From the NCBI RefSeq assembly GCF_006345805.1, contig NC_043011.1, positions 50,852,464 to 50,916,463 of the forward strand: 64,000 bases of DNA, read 5' to 3'. The notes beneath the pieces were generated by a model, which was not told where the DNA came from, made no database searches, and saw only the letters and a program-made list of their open reading frames with translations. A program made the translations under genes and the position numbers. The stretch comes from Octopus sinensis (taxonomy: Eukaryota). This document shows positions 23,538 through 38,510 of the stretch, piece by piece. Within the stretch, counting starts at the first letter, position 1, and every line of letters starts with the position of its first letter.

Positions 23538-26500
23538 GTTATTTTATTAAATCCCCTCGTTTTCAAAATTTATTAAATTTCCTTTATTTCAGTGCTGAAA
23601 TAAAAAGTGTTCATTATACACGTGGTCCCTCATTGAAATGTGGTAGAGAAATCAACAACATTTGGACATAAAAGTTCCCTTGTTGTATGGATATAGGATT
23701 ATGATGAGTAGTTTTGTTAATATAGTGAGCTGGAAGAATCTTCACTGCAGTAGATTGGGGGTTTATGTTCTGAATTGAAATACCACCAAGGTCAACTTTG
23801 CCTTTCATCCTTTCAGGGTCAAAGTAAGTACCAGTTGAACACTGGGGTTGATGTAATTGACTAGACCCCACCCTGAAAATTTTAGGCAGCGAGTTGGCAG
23901 AATTGATAATGCATCAGCCAAAATGTTACGAGGCATTTCCTCTGGCTCTCTACGTTCTGAGTTCAAATGCTGCGAAGTTCAACTGTTTCAGAGTAGTTAT
24001 AAAAAGGACCAGCTGAGTACAGGAAGATGACTAATCCCCCACCCCCAAAATAATGGCCTTGTGCCAAAACTTGAAAGATGTTAACACTTGTGATGTCGAA
24101 GACTGTCTTTAGATGAACTTAAGTCACATTTTTTTTTTTTGCAGTTTTACTTAACCTCCCCCCCATTCATCCTAGTAAACAGGATTAAAAATATTTTCAT
24201 TGTTTTCTTTTTGGGCTTTCAGCTAGAAAAAAGATCGAGTGGCAGGTGTCAAACATGTCAGTCAACAGCAACAACATACTCAACTGTGATGGCCACCCAA
24301 CATTTCACACCAAAATAAAAGCTTATTTCAAAATTAAGTTTAAAAAACCCCACCTATTATAACACTTGCATTGTCACACAATATTTCAGTGAGTGTAATA
24401 TACACACACACACACACACACACGCCACAAATTTAATAGACAAGCACCTCAACTTATATCACTTTATGGCAACCTGATTGACAGGAAGTTAAAAAGTAAC
24501 ATAAAAACACAAGCTGTCTAAAACTGGAGATAATGTTAAAAACTTAGACAAATTAATTTTATCAAAAATGGGAAGAGTCCATTGTAGTCAGTTGCAAAGG
24601 TGCTCATGTTTAGTCTTGACAGAGCAGACTTATGGTTTAAGAGAGTCCAGCTAAGATCTCTCCGTTTTTTAAAAAAATATTTATGACTCCATGTTTAAGT
24701 CTTTTATTCAAGGAGTCGATATAATAAAGTATCCATCCAAGGAAATGTATTGATGTAACTGTTAAAGCATTAGGACAAAATGCCCAACAGCAATTTCTTT
24801 GTGCTCATCACCCAAGTAAAGGTAGCACCAGACTTGTCTGTACTTATAAGATAGTCTTGTTCAGGAGAGAAGAAGAAAACACCCACCAAAGAAAATAACA
24901 GGAATCCTACTTTGTACTGGGCCACAACAATTCCATGAAACATGTTTAATATTGAAGGCCCACAAAGACTGTTTGCCAGCCTTATAAGCACAAAAGAAAA
25001 TTGTCAAATGCATCCTTCCATTAACAGAACAAGGACATAAAATTGCTTTTTCTAGCAGGTTGCACAGTCTCTCAGAAATACTTTTCAGATTGGTTAGACA
25101 CTACTATCACTATGTACATGCCAAAATAACAGGGATAATCCTATTTTGGATCTAAAGTTTCTACAAATCCAGGGCCTGAATAGGATTTAATCTTTATACA
25201 GGCAAAAAGCACAGGCATGGCTGTGAAGCTAAAGCATTTGCTTCACAACCACACAGTTTCAGATTCAGTACCACCGCATGGCACCTTGGGCAAGTGTCTT
25301 CCACAGCCCAGGGCCAATTGCATCTTAGTGAGTGTAACTGGTAGGTAGAAACTGTAAGAAACCTGTCGTGTGTGCATGTGTGTGTTCATGTCTTGGGATC
25401 AAGTAATAGTTATAAACAAGTGCCACTGTTATACAAGCAGTGTCCATTTCAATGCAAACATATCCTGCCACAGGAAATCTGATTTAATGAATTCTTGCCG
25501 ACTCATGCAAGCATGGGAAAGTGGATGTTAAAGTGACGATGACAAGGTGTTAGTTTTCCACAGGCAATTTTCTCAATATCCAGACCCTCCCTGGAACCCA
25601 TCTGTCAAAGGTGAAGTCAAGTGAGACAATGTAAAGCAAGCAAAACACCTTAAGCCAATGCGGAAGTCTCTTTGTGGTCACCCAACCTGGAAAATGGCAA
25701 CCAAATCACACCCTACTGTCTTAAACAGAAAATAGAAAGGCCACTGGATGAATGAGTTCTAGATACACAGTTCCTAAATAAAAAAAATGCAATGTTGTTG
25801 TGGTAGAAATGCCTTTACTTGTAAGTCTGCTCAATCAGGGTGAATCCAGGAACTAAATATCCAAAGACCTAGAACAGACAACCTTTGTTCCATAAGTCAT
25901 ACAAGTTCATCAACAAAAATCAAAGTCCCCAGCCCCACCTCAAACTTTTCTTTTTTTAAATTTAACTCTAAATAAATCCCTACAGTTCAATATTAGCCTT
26001 TTTTTTGTAATCTATACAGAAAGATTTGAGAAAAAATAAAACAAAAAGCCTAACAAAAACTGACTTAGCTTAAGTTATTTTGACAATGACACTATGTTCC
26101 TGAGAATTATAACCCAACAGGAGTGGAAAGGCAGATTTGTTAGATATGCAAGTGAGAAAAGAAGGATTAAAGATTACGAAAGTCATAAAATCAGAGAAAT
26201 GTTGTTCGTTAATGAATGGGACAGTGAGTTGAAGAGAAGCAATGGGAATGGGTAAAAAAAAAAAAGAAAAAAAAAAACATTCCCACCTTTACAATAAACA
26301 AAAAACCCCAAACCAAAAAGGCAGCAATTAGTTGGTGTATATAAAAAAACCAGTTATGTAAATGCAGCTGAAACACAGCACCAAAGCAGTGGGTGGGAGT
26401 TTGTAACAAAACAAAAATAAGAAAAAATACTACAGCATAGCAAATATCTAGAAATGGCAACAAGAAGAGGGTGGGAAAGAAGAAGCAAAAGAATGAGCTA

Positions 26501-26753
26501 AAACAATAGTGCAGCATGATTACAGACTTATATCTTCTCATTGCAATGTGTATAGGTGTTTATGCACATAAAAATGTATGTATATATGCATGTGCACATT
26601 TGTAATACAAAGATATTTATATACATATGTGCACACATTATATACAAACATATTTACATGTGCATCCAAAGTGTACATAATACAAAAAAGAAAGAAAACG
26701 TTTGCATACAGTCCAAAGAGAAAAATAAAACCAGTTGGTCGAATGTACTTTAC

Positions 26754-26941
26754 CTCGGGAGAAAGACCGCCTTTTTTGTGAGGCTCTCCTGAACATCAAT
26801 GGGCAGGGCAGAGTCTGCCGTGTAACTCTCAATATAGTTAGCCCACTTAGTTGCACTGGTTGGATCCTCAGTGCCATCATCAGATTGCTCATGCTGTTCT
26901 GTATCCAGAAGCTCAATGGTAAGCCGATAATCTCTCTTAAA
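26754..26941 (-). CDS. SIN3A: SIN3 exon 20
   Basis: FKRDYRLTIELLDTEQHEQSDDGTEDPTSATKWANYIESY...KKAVFLP(R). Confidence 0.95.
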
Positions 26942-27928
26942 CTACAATGGTAACAAACAACAACAGCAGATTAGTCATTTATTGTAATTTATGTTCACAA
27001 GGAGAAATTCAACACTCCTTGCAAAGCCAAACTATTACATGCCAGCCATGAGCAAACTGTAGGACTTTTTGAAAAGCATGCCTACTCAAAAATCCACAAT
27101 TTTTTTTTTAAGTAGTGCAGTCTGCTTCACAAGAAAGACTGCCCATGTCTGGTCAATGCAATCACTCAATATGCATGAAATAGCATCCAGATGACCATAT
27201 CTTTAGAAAAAAAAAAAAAAAAAAAAAAAAAACACAGGACACATTGAACAATGTTCTAGATACAGAAAATCTAGAGTAAACTAAAAAGAATAGTCATGGC
27301 CAGAATACTTCTGATCAGGGTTGATCTGAGTGAGAACAAAATATATTCTTTTCTGGTAAAAGTAGTTTCCTTGTATAATTTCAAACTTATTTTCATGAAA
27401 AGAAGCCTGTACTTAAAACTGTTACCATATTTCTATTGAAATAGACTGCATGTGTTTCAATTTTGAAAATAGCAAATTTATTAAAATAACTTAAGTGGTG
27501 GTTTGGAATACATTTCTTTATCTGGAATACACCTTACAAAGCTTTTAACATACTTCTTCCCTGACACGCATTAACCAACAACAGAGTAATTTAAACAGCA
27601 ACCATAGTAACTCCACATAATTCATCCAACACACACCCCCATCACACTCCTCCAGTCCCAAGGAGTCCTTCCCTACTCCTATTGCTCTAAATTCTGTCTG
27701 CTCTATGAAACAAGAGGTAAACATACGGAAGCACCATTACCTTATGAACATTTTACATCATTCAAATATTAATGAGGCAGTAGGACAAAAAACATTGTGC
27801 ATTTTTTTTTTATTATGTCCATCCATCAGATCAAAACCCTCAAATCTTATGTCACAGTAACATGCAAAAAGTCAATTTACAGTGAACAGGAAAAGAAAGA
27901 AAAAAATCCAGCAAAATCTGCCACTCAC

Positions 27929-28111
27929 AATCATTATCTTAAAGCAGTTCTCATCACTAAGCAGACTTTCTACCCGTTTCTGATACAGACTTTCAGCTTG
28001 AATTCTCTGATGACTAGTGGCAACTCGGCCACCAACAGCATTATTCTTTGCCTCTTCATGGTAGATTCTATAGATGTGTGAACAGGTGTCATCACTAGTG
28101 AAATGGGCAAG
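27929..28111 (-). CDS. SIN3A: SIN3 exon 19
   Basis: LAHFTSDDTCSHIYRIYHEEAKNNAVGG...ESLYQKRVESLLSDENCFKIMI; donor gtgagt. Confidence 0.95.
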
Positions 28112-29373
28112 CTGTAAAAGACGGCCAAAGAGGAGAAGAAAAGAAAAACAGAAAAATTAGAAAAACAGATAAAAGTATGTAGTGGGCAAATAGTAAAACT
28201 AAATGTACACAGTTCTTTTCAAGGATTGGCAAGTTACATTGACTTTAAATGTCCCCACCAACAGACATAATACAAACAAACAAAAAAAGCAGGTTGGAGA
28301 ACAGCGAGTACAGAAGCAGTTCTCTGAGGATTAAAGAATTGCATGGAATTTAAATGTCAAAGTTCATTTTGGAAAAGTGAGGATGAGTTGCTATAATAAT
28401 CCAGCTATGCATATGTGGCTATGAAATTTGGTTCCAAACCATATGGAACCTTGAGCAAATGTTTACTATAACCTCAGGCAACTGAAAGCCATGCAAGTAG
28501 ATTTGGTAGACAAACTGAAAGAAACCAATCATACGTGTATCATTCAACTACAGTAGTAGTTGAATATTCTTAAGGCTGCAATTTACTCACACACAGCATC
28601 CTTCAGAGCTTATTGCTAATTCAGTTCTTAACCAAATGGAAAACTTCCCATTTTTGAAGAGGACTGGCCCCTAGCTACATTTTGGCATAAAAAAATTGAG
28701 ATTTGGTCCAATAGAAAAAAGTTTACACCTAAATAACTTTTTTTTTTTTTAAAAGCAAAATATATTTACGGAGATGTACTCGCATAGCAAGTAATTTGAT
28801 CTGAGATCGTGTGCTGAAACGAAAACAATTGCAGCGTGGAAGGTGTTTATAAGCCATTTACGAAACACACAAAAGCTGTTCGATTCACTTCAACATTTAA
28901 GTTTAATTTGTCAAAATATTTTCGTTGTTAAAATCCGCGATAAATATATTTATCTTAGATTCAATGATAGAAGTGTGAAGAATTTCATAGTTTTGGTCCC
29001 ATGCAACAAAAATTTGCATTGATAAAATTGTGAGGTAAAATATCACAAAAAAAAAATATAAGGCAAAAAGTTGGATTTAAGTATAATTAACTCTTATTTT
29101 AAAAACAAACTATATTTTAATCAAGTTTAAATGATAGAGCTCAATTCGAAGAATTTCATGGTATCAATCTCATGCAATGAAGTTTTAAAAGAAAAAAGTT
29201 ATGAGTGTTTGATTCTCAAATTTGAGGATGATAATATAGTTCTATACTTTATGAATATAGTTCTAGGGGACTTTTAATATGTCACCGGCATCACTGAGGT
29301 AAGCAAAAAAATTATCAACAACACCTAATTGACACATTCATTAGCATAATAGCATAGCCTGAAAAAAACATGG

Positions 29374-29789
29374 ATTACATGGAAAAATGCAAGCAAAGAG
29401 AAATAATATCCTTAAGATTTTAAATCTGGAAAAGTTCAGAATAAGTTATACATCTGGTAAAGTACAGAACAAGAAATTTTTTTACTTAAAATATTGCAGT
29501 TAAGGATAAAGTTTGAATATTAAAAATTTGATTTTAATTTACAAAGTAACATAATTAAAAATAGGAACCATCATTTTTGTTAAAATAGTGACACTAGAAT
29601 TAAACTTTTGGTTTTAATAAAATCTAATATTTTCTAAATCTAAATATTTTATTTGAAATTTTATCCTTAGCTGCAATATTTTAAGTAAAAAATTTCTTGT
29701 TCTGTACTTTACCAGATGTAACAACTTGTCCTGTACTTTTTCAGATTTATAATCTTAATATTTCTTTTGCTAGCAGTTTTCCATGTAAT
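29374..29789. repeat. Foldback element with arms of about 135-140 bp
   Basis: Core 29449-29510 and 29660-29720 differ by one mismatch and one indel; outer arms more degenerate. Confidence 0.88.
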
Positions 29790-31387
29790 GTAGTGAGTGG
29801 GTGTGTGTTTCCTAGTTTTGACACTGAGTGATAGTCATAAATGCCACTGACAGAAAGGGCAATGAGTTCTCTCCAACCCATGCAAGGATGGAAAAGCAAA
29901 CATTAAAAACTATATTTATCGAACCCCGAGTATTTGATTCAAAGCAGTGTTGGTAGCAGGCTGAACTAATGGAGCAGTGATAAGACTCCATTAGTAAAAC
30001 AAAATCAAGAGAATCTCAGATTTAGTATAGTGTACATGATTAATGGAAGATTATGGTAGTAATATATCTTATAAACTTGTGTTACTGTATTAATAACATT
30101 AATACATTGTCAATACCCCTTTGGCTTACACAGGGGTGGAGATGGAAACAGTTCAAACTAGGCTGCAAAACAAGCCAAGTAGACAAACCTGCCTTAGGGC
30201 AGCTCATTCCAATTAGGTATCGCTATTACTTGACCTACTATAAATAGTAGCCAAAAAACTGCTTGTATCACAAACTACCATTTTCAATGAAAGAAACATT
30301 GATATAATGTGCCTTATCAATCATCGTTTAACATCCGCTTTCCATGCAAGCATGGGTTGTTATATTTTTCAAAAAAGATGACCACATTAAGAATGTCTTT
30401 AATCCTTTGCATTATAAGTACAATGTTTTAAACTGGATCTGGCTAGTTGGTTACATCAACACCAATGTTCAACTGACACTTATTTCACTGACCTTGAAAG
30501 GATGAAAAGTAAAGCTGACTTAGTGGAATTTGAACTCAGAACACAAAGACAGATGAAATGATGCCACTAAGTATTCCATCCTATCATCATTTAACATCCA
30601 CTTTCCATGCTAGCATCGATTAGATGGTTTGACACAAGCTGGCTGGGCTCCAATTGTCTGCATTCACATGGTTTCTACAGCCAGATGACCTTCCTAACAC
30701 TAGCCATTTTATAGTGTGTACTGGGTGCATTCCAATGTGGCACTGGAGTGGGTGCTATTGTATGTGATACTGGCACAAGTGCTTCTCTGTATGGCACCAG
30801 CACCTGTGGGCCCCACAAGGCAAAGACCTTTTGGCTGACAAAGGAACATGTCTGTATGTATAGATGGCTAGGATTTGGCTTAGCTTCTCAAGCCATAAGT
30901 CTTGATCCCTTGTTATCAGTGAGGCCTAGCATCTGAAGATGCTTTCCCACCACTTTGTCTCATATCTTCTTGGGTCTACCATTCCACATGGGTCTCACCA
31001 CAATTAGAGATCGGCACTTTACGCAGCTGTTCTCATCTATATGCATCACATGACAATACCAGCACAGTCTTCTCTTTTGCATGCTACATCTGATATCTCT
31101 TCAACCCAATTTTTCTCTTCATTTACACTGCCAGCTTGCTGTCTTTGGGAATACCTTTAATCAAAAATCTACTTGGTCAGGGTTAACCCAAAGCTACACA
31201 TTATAACAATAAAAGAATTAAGTTGAATAATTAGTTGTAGTAACTCATTAATACAACATACAAAATGCTAAATTTAATTAAAGCTATCAAGTAGGTTTCA
31301 TTTTAAAGAGAGGTGAATAAGCTTTACAGAGCTTGTAATGGTTACTCTTAAAAAAAAGAAAACATTTCTAAACAAATAATATTGTAC

Positions 31388-31557
31388 CTGTCTGACCAAA
31401 TTTTGCACCAGCTTGTCCATTGTAAAGGCAACATAGGCATGAATCCCAAACATCTCTCTCAGTTGGTCCTCGTAATGACTAGACTCCAGGTTACCATCCA
31501 GCAAATTCTTCACCATTTCCAAAAAGTACGGGTAATATTCATCTGGCTCTATTACAT
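31388..31557 (-). CDS. SIN3A: SIN3 exon 18
   Basis: [56 protein letters not shown]. Confidence 0.97.
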
Positions 31558-32010
31558 CTAGATAAAAATAAAATTTAAAGTAACAAAATATTTTGCAAAT
31601 ATAACAATTTTTTTTTGTGCTGGTCATTTCTTGCAGTGGGCTCAGTAAAGATGGAAATAATCTCAAATTTAGAGTGACAGTGTATGACAAGGCTGGGGCC
31701 CCTTGAATTACAAGCATGATGTATCTACAGGGCTTTCAGTTTCTGTTGATCCATTTTACTCCAAAAACTCCAGTTGACCCAAGATCATTGTTGAAATAAC
31801 TTACCTAAAGTGCTGTACAGTGGAACTGAACCTAGAACAATGATTGTGAAAAAGCTAAATCTTGACCATACCTTCAACTCGTAAAAACAAACACATAGGT
31901 GCAAAATAAGGTGGAGAAAATAGCACTCAAAGAGTAAAATAGTGTTTTACTTCAACTGTAAAGAGTTCACAAACATTATTTCACATTACCAACTATTATG
32001 GCTGTCTGAT

Positions 32011-33645
32011 TATATTAGAGAGATGGAATTCCTGGGTCTGAAGGAGTGAAAAAACTTCCTATTACAATAACCCAATTTCAAATATTTTCTCATTAATTCC
32101 AATTTAGCCTTTTCAGCTTCAATAAATTTCAATGATTATATATAAAGTAAATCTATTGCTGTGAGCTCCAACAAGATCTGATGAGCTGCAGGACTGCATC
32201 AGGCTTCTGCTTATTCATTGAATTAGCATGTATGTTGCTGAATATTCCAATGATACCTGTAAGCTTAATGTAACTCGGGTAGAATCAGTGACTGTGTGCA
32301 ATAAACTGTGCACCTTTTGAGTTGCATGTCTAATCCATCCACCCTAGCTTCTACAGTTTCTGTCAACCTACCACAACCTTGGGCTTGATCCAAACCCTAC
32401 ACATACTTGCTAACCATAATGTTAAAGTCTGCCATGCAACACTGCCAAAAGTCTCGCGTCAAATAAAGCCCCAGTCATCTCTCTTATTTACATATGTAGC
32501 TTCCATCACCAACTCAACACAATCAACCAGCCAGTAAGGTTTATCCAATATGGCCCCTATCTTAAAGGAGTGTCTGCTATAGGACACTACCTCATTGACT
32601 TTAGAGAGGATACACTGCCTCAAATAACAGTAATAATGCGAATAATTTCCTGGAAATAGACAAATGCTTACTTTGAGCTCGGAGACGGAGGGCTATGGCT
32701 GTAGATTCCTTGCGACCCTTCTTCTTTGCATCAGCTTCTTCCTCTGCAATTTTCACAGCTTGAGTGTAGATTTGGCACAACCGATCACATAATAATTGGT
32801 GAAGCCGGAAGAAGAGGTACCAATTGTTGTTGACAAAAAACAAGGAATACAAGTCTTGCTGAAGAGAGAAAAATAAGGCATAATTAGCCACTGGAGGTGT
32901 TTATGCAAAGCAACAAAATCAAACAACACTGGACCTAACATGTAAGTTTTAAACACACACATTACTCGAGGGGGCACTGAGGTTGTATTCTATGGCCAGA
33001 TGCCCTTCCTGGCATCAACCTACATTTTTCAAGTAGGGCATTTTTATTTTGCTGCTCTTCATGAAATCACAAGTTACAGGACCTTTATAAATGACAGCAA
33101 CATTGTCACTATTTTGCTCACATAGCATGTATCACACACATGCGTGTGAAAAAGCAAAAAAGGGAATGTTTTCAATATACAGTTTATATATGGCCCAAAA
33201 GAAAGATTCACATTATTGTTATTCAGAATTTCTAACTTATGTATGTTCCAACAGATATTTTAAAGAATGAAGTGTTTCACCAGTTTCAAATAAATAATAT
33301 ACACACAAACACACATAAAATGTAAAACTATGCACATGGACAATAGAGAATATGATTAAAATATGTACACATTTTCTTTATTTTTAAATTATCTTTTTCC
33401 TCTGGCACTGCTGAGAGATTACTTCAGCATATCTATGTTCATGATAATCACTTGAGAAAAATATCTTATTGGAAAGTATGTAAAAAGACTTGAAACTAAT
33501 ACTGCTAGATTGAATTGTAATTGAGAAAGTACATAGGGGATTTTATATTAGAGAGAGATGGAATTCCTGGGTCTGAAGGAGTAAAAAAAAAAAAAAACTT
33601 CCTATTATATAACCCAATTTCAAATAGTTCCCCATTAACTCCAAT
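32011..33645. repeat. About 95-bp direct repeat pair (32011-32105 and 33544-33645) flanking SIN3 exon 17
   Basis: Shared tatattagagagatggaattcctgggtctgaaggagt(a)n cttcctatta...aacccaatttcaaata. Confidence 0.85.
32672..32858 (-). CDS. SIN3A: SIN3 exon 17: start of C-terminal (Sin3a_C) domain
   Basis: [34 protein letters not shown]...[12 protein letters not shown]. Confidence 0.96.
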
Positions 33646-35413
33646 TAAACCCACACAATCTTCACAGTAATACTGACTGTTTACACACACATGTGGCTAA
33701 TAGATAGAAGGGTGTAAAAAAAAAAAAAAAAAAAAAGCAAAAAAGGATAGAGAAACCCTTTACATCACTACTTTAAACCCCTGACATTTCTTCCATACCC
33801 ACCTCCACTCAACACAGCAATTTGTAACACAAGGGAAGTTGTTAAAACCTAAATTTATCTTATCTCCTTATAGTTCCCAACCACAGTTGAAGTTTAATTA
33901 TCAAGAACTAATGACTGCAGATAAGGACCAATAGAAAAGGGATACCATTTTACAGACTCAGATCTCCATTTTAGAAAAAAACTGTTTTTGATCTAGTGTC
34001 ATATATAATTAGCTTTCATATCTATTTTATCAGACAAGCAGGAACATTCAAATCCAAACATTGACAAGAATTGCTTTTAGTAGCAGCTGGTGACTTTCTT
34101 CTTAAAGGAAAAAGAGATCATTTCAACTGAGGTTAAACACTGTAAAACAAAGCAATGTATTCTTTAATATAGGATAGTGTAAAGAGAAGGAGTGTTTGAA
34201 AGGCAACACCCTAACTATTCAATTACTATGCACACAGATACACAAAATACCTCACCTCCAAATATTAACATTAAAATTATCTCGTATATATAAGCCATGC
34301 AGTGCATGCTTAAAGTATGAATGCAAATTGATTTTAATGTTTCATTTTTATGAGAAAGAGGGTCCATAAATGCAATATGTAACCTTCAATTATACTGCTT
34401 TCATCATCATTTAGCATCTATTTTCCATTAGATGGTTTGACTGGAGCTGGTAAACCAGAGACATGGCTGGATGCCATTTTTAACACCAACCACTCCATAG
34501 ATAGTACTGGATGTCTTATATGTCAGTGACATGGTGCCTTTCACAGGTCACCAACACTGGCCATGACTTCACTTAGCTTAAAATTAAATATTTTCATTTA
34601 ATCTATCTGGAGCCATCCCTGATATATATTTTCCTTTTGCTGATATCATCCAGTGTTGCATTTGGCCAGCAGTTGACTTGATCAGAGACCTTGAGTTGAA
34701 TCAAACCAGTACATCATGGAAGAGTCATCCTGTCTATTTAATAACATACAAAACTACTCAAGTCACTTAACATTTGTTTCATGAGATATCAAAACTATCA
34801 AAGTAGACCTGTGAAGAGGGTTGTGTACAGTTCCACTGCAACTATTACTAAGTCTGTTAACCAGTTTTTAAAAGGCCTTGATTTTATTTTTCTTGCTTCT
34901 GAGTGTGTTGAGCTTAGAAAATTATGGATTTGCTGTATTCATGGCGATTGCTTTTAACCTCATGATCTCAGTCATTTGTGAATCATCATTAGTTACCCTT
35001 GGTTTCCATATAATTTTTTTTTCTTTAGCTTCTTTACAACATTATATCAGTATCATTCTACTATTAAACAATTGAAGCAAAGTGGTCAGTGATCAGGCTG
35101 CAGCTGTGCGATGAATAATTCAACATCTCATGATATAAATATTAACACCTTGTATTAAATGGCTGAAATGGCTCTTCTATAATACACTGCTCTTATTAAC
35201 AGTGACTTCGTAGTTTCAGCCTACTTCACCTCCTCAGATGACGAAAGGCTAAGTAAGTCAAAACTTCCAAGTCACTGCAAATACTATTCTTGTTAAAGAA
35301 TATATACTTCACAAAAAGTATTGAGTAATCTTTCAGTTTAATGTAAAATTGTTTTAACTCAACATAAAAAAAACATTAATATCTCATCTCACACACACAA
35401 CTTGTAAACTTAC

Positions 35414-35607
35414 ATCTTCAACTTGTGGGATAGCATCATAGTTTCCATTTAATAATGGCTTTTCAAGAGTCACTTCTATACATTTTTTATCTTTTTCAGA
35501 ATTCACTTCTGAATTATGGTTGTTATTAGTGGAAGATGTTAAGACATTGCTGCTACTGCTGCCACCACCATCTTTCTCAGGTTTGTCAACATCATCTACA
35601 TCCATGT
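35414..35607 (-). CDS. SIN3A: SIN3 exon 16: acidic Ser/Asn-rich linker
   Basis: DMDVDDVDKPEKDGGGSSSSN...IPQVED; EMDVDE-like start; phases 1 to 0 fit the neighbours; donor gtaagt. Confidence 0.88.
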
Positions 35608-37180
35608 CTGCCAGAACAAAGTGCAATACAATTAATACAATTAACAAAAGCAACAAACATGCTCAAAAAACGCTTTAGATCAGAGAAGGAGTGACACAAA
35701 AGCCACTTAATTACGACTATACAAAATCTAGTATAAAGTAGATTATATATCCAATTTCAAGAGCAGTATAATTTAAACATTCAATATGTGAATTACAAGA
35801 GTAACATTTAATTTAACCATTTCATTGGTAAATACATGTCCATACATCATTGTAATACCAATGGCAGAAAGTAATGTTTGTGTGATAGTTACAAGGGGTT
35901 AAAAAGACGAGACCTCCCTCTTCCAACCTCAGTTACACAGAGCCAAATGGACCCATTATGATCACTAGGCAGCATAATGAATCAATGAGTGCCTCTGTGA
36001 AGTCATTTGATTAGAAAGAAAAAGCAGCTAAATTCCTTCAAGTTCTACCCTAGTGTCTTTTAAACAGTAAAAATATAATCAACAATGGAATCCAAGATAC
36101 TTGGAAAATAATTGGCTAAGCCAAGGCTGGAACAACCTCTGACCATAGACCTAACCCAGGACTAAATATTGATTTCAAATTTTGGCAGAAGGCCAGTAAC
36201 TTCATGAGAGGGATAAGTCAATTACATTGGCCCCAGTGTTCAACTGGTACATTTATCAACTCTGGCAGAATTTGAACTAAGAACATAATGACAAAGTGCT
36301 AAGCATTTTGCCCTGTGCTGTAAAAATTCTGCCAGCTTGCTGCTTTAACCTGGGACTAAATAATTGTGGTGATAGTAAGCTAAATAAACTACACACAATC
36401 CATATTTTACTTATATCATTACAAGCCATGATGATACCTTCAGTTGAAGCTGTACCTCAATAGTTGCCTATCCTCATCTACTAATTCAAATTAGTCTACA
36501 TTATCTCTGAGGACACTTAAGATATTTTAGACCAAGTGACCAATGTCAAGTCTGTCTTGATGACCTTATGACAACCATGTCTTCAGTTGTTTACCACATT
36601 AATGGCAAGACACATTAAAGTCTCCTGGAGGGCTTCCTACATGAAGACAGCACAGATAGACTGAGTCAATGAAGCAAACTGTTCTTCCTATATAGGAGAG
36701 AGAGAGAGAACAGACCAAATTTACTTGATAAAAGTCTTGCACATCAGTCTGGAATATGGATTTTGTGTAGAGACTAATCACTAATAAGCAACATGGTGAT
36801 CAATCTTAAGTCTATGATCAAACACACTAGCCATAGTATGCTAAAGACTATATTATCCAATGTGTCTTTTCTATTTAAGATAGCAGGGTTGGCTACTAAC
36901 TTTAGCAAACTGAGTGACCTTATCAGTTTCTAGAGGACAGCATGGACTAAGTTTGTATCTCACTCTATTTCATCCTTGTACTCTGGGGAAGTATTGGTAG
37001 ATATGAAGAGTCACAGCAAAGAAACTCCTTTACCTCTTCCAAATGGGGATCAACAATAAGGGCACCTCTGCTGTGATGCCTGACATTTGTCAAATATAAA
37101 ATTCCACTAATGTATGTATGTATGTATGTGTATAAACTACATTAACACTGGCTGAAGTAAAACCGCCGAAGTAATCTTAC

Positions 37181-37294
37181 CATCATCTTTATCTTGTTCA
37201 TCATCACTCAGTTCACCTCGAGGCAGGAAAAACAAGTCTGGAATGAAGTGATACAGCAATTGCTTGATTCGCTGCTTGTCATCTTTGGAAATAC
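37181..37294 (-). CDS. SIN3A: SIN3 exon 15
   Basis: ISKDDKQRIKQLLYHFIPDLFFLPRGELSDDEQDKDD; cf. human [30 protein letters not shown]. Confidence 0.95.
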
Positions 37295-38510
37295 CTGAAT
37301 CGAAATAAAAGAGTCGTAGAATATCTTAATTTTAAGTAAGTGACAGATAAAATTACAGGAAAGTAGAAGTATAAACATCTTAACCCTTTTTATGATCCTA
37401 TTTTAAACTGAAGTGGTTGATGAATAAGGAAAAGGAAAGGAACGGATGGAAGTGATGTAGGATGTAAAGGAGACAAACCTTGTTGGAGAAACCTCCAGAC
37501 AAGACGAGACAAAAATACTCCAAGTCTTTAGAGTAAAACCTATGCCAAAGGAAGAAATGGTTGACAGCATGTCATAGAAGATTCTCTAGTGCTGGTAGAC
37601 AAAGGTTAAACAATGTATTTATTATAAAGCAGGTGCTGATAAGCTATGCCAAAAGCAAAGAATGAATAAAACCAACTCTTTAGTCTTGTTGGAGAGGACA
37701 TTTATTTCAAGATGAATGTGTAATGAGTGAAACACTGATTCAGACCAGTATGGAAAAAAAGGACAACAGATTCTAATGAAATGCACAGCTCATTTAAATA
37801 AGGTTCTTAATATGATTTTGATGGTAGTTGGGTTAATTCATATACGAACACTTTAAATGAGAACCAGCAGAAGGTTGTTTTCCAAAAGGTTAAAAACATG
37901 GTAACCTAATACCCAACAATTCAACACAAATCACCATGGGGTCAAAGATGTTACACTAAAATATTTTCCATATGTAATTTCAGCAAAAGGATCAGCTGAT
38001 GTTTTCTTCCACTATGACCATTGAAATACACACAATACAGCTAGTATACAATACAAAAACATTTGCAAGAATTTAGTGAGTAAATAGTCTTCCCTCTAAT
38101 AAGCACTCGCTAAAGGAGGACAAAGAAAAAAAGTATCTAATTTTAAGTAAAACTTTGATCAACTCAATGTTTGTTTTTTAAGGGATAAAAACAATTTTTG
38201 AAGATTATCCCAGAAGCCAACCACTATGACATAAATACAAACTGCTGCAAGTACATTAAATGTGATAAGGTGCCCACAGAGCTAATAAGTAGAACTGCAA
38301 GAACCTCCAAACTGCCAAGTCAGGAAATGACTTGACATACCCTCCTGTCTTTTAAATAGGAGAGACATAATTGACAATGTATTCAAAGGTATTTGTAAAA
38401 TAATTGGCTAAGTCAAGGCTGGAATACCTTTGACCAGAGACCTAACTTGGAACTAATCAATTAACAAATAAAACAGATTGGCATGTGTAGAGTATCTTAG
38501 TATTACTTAC

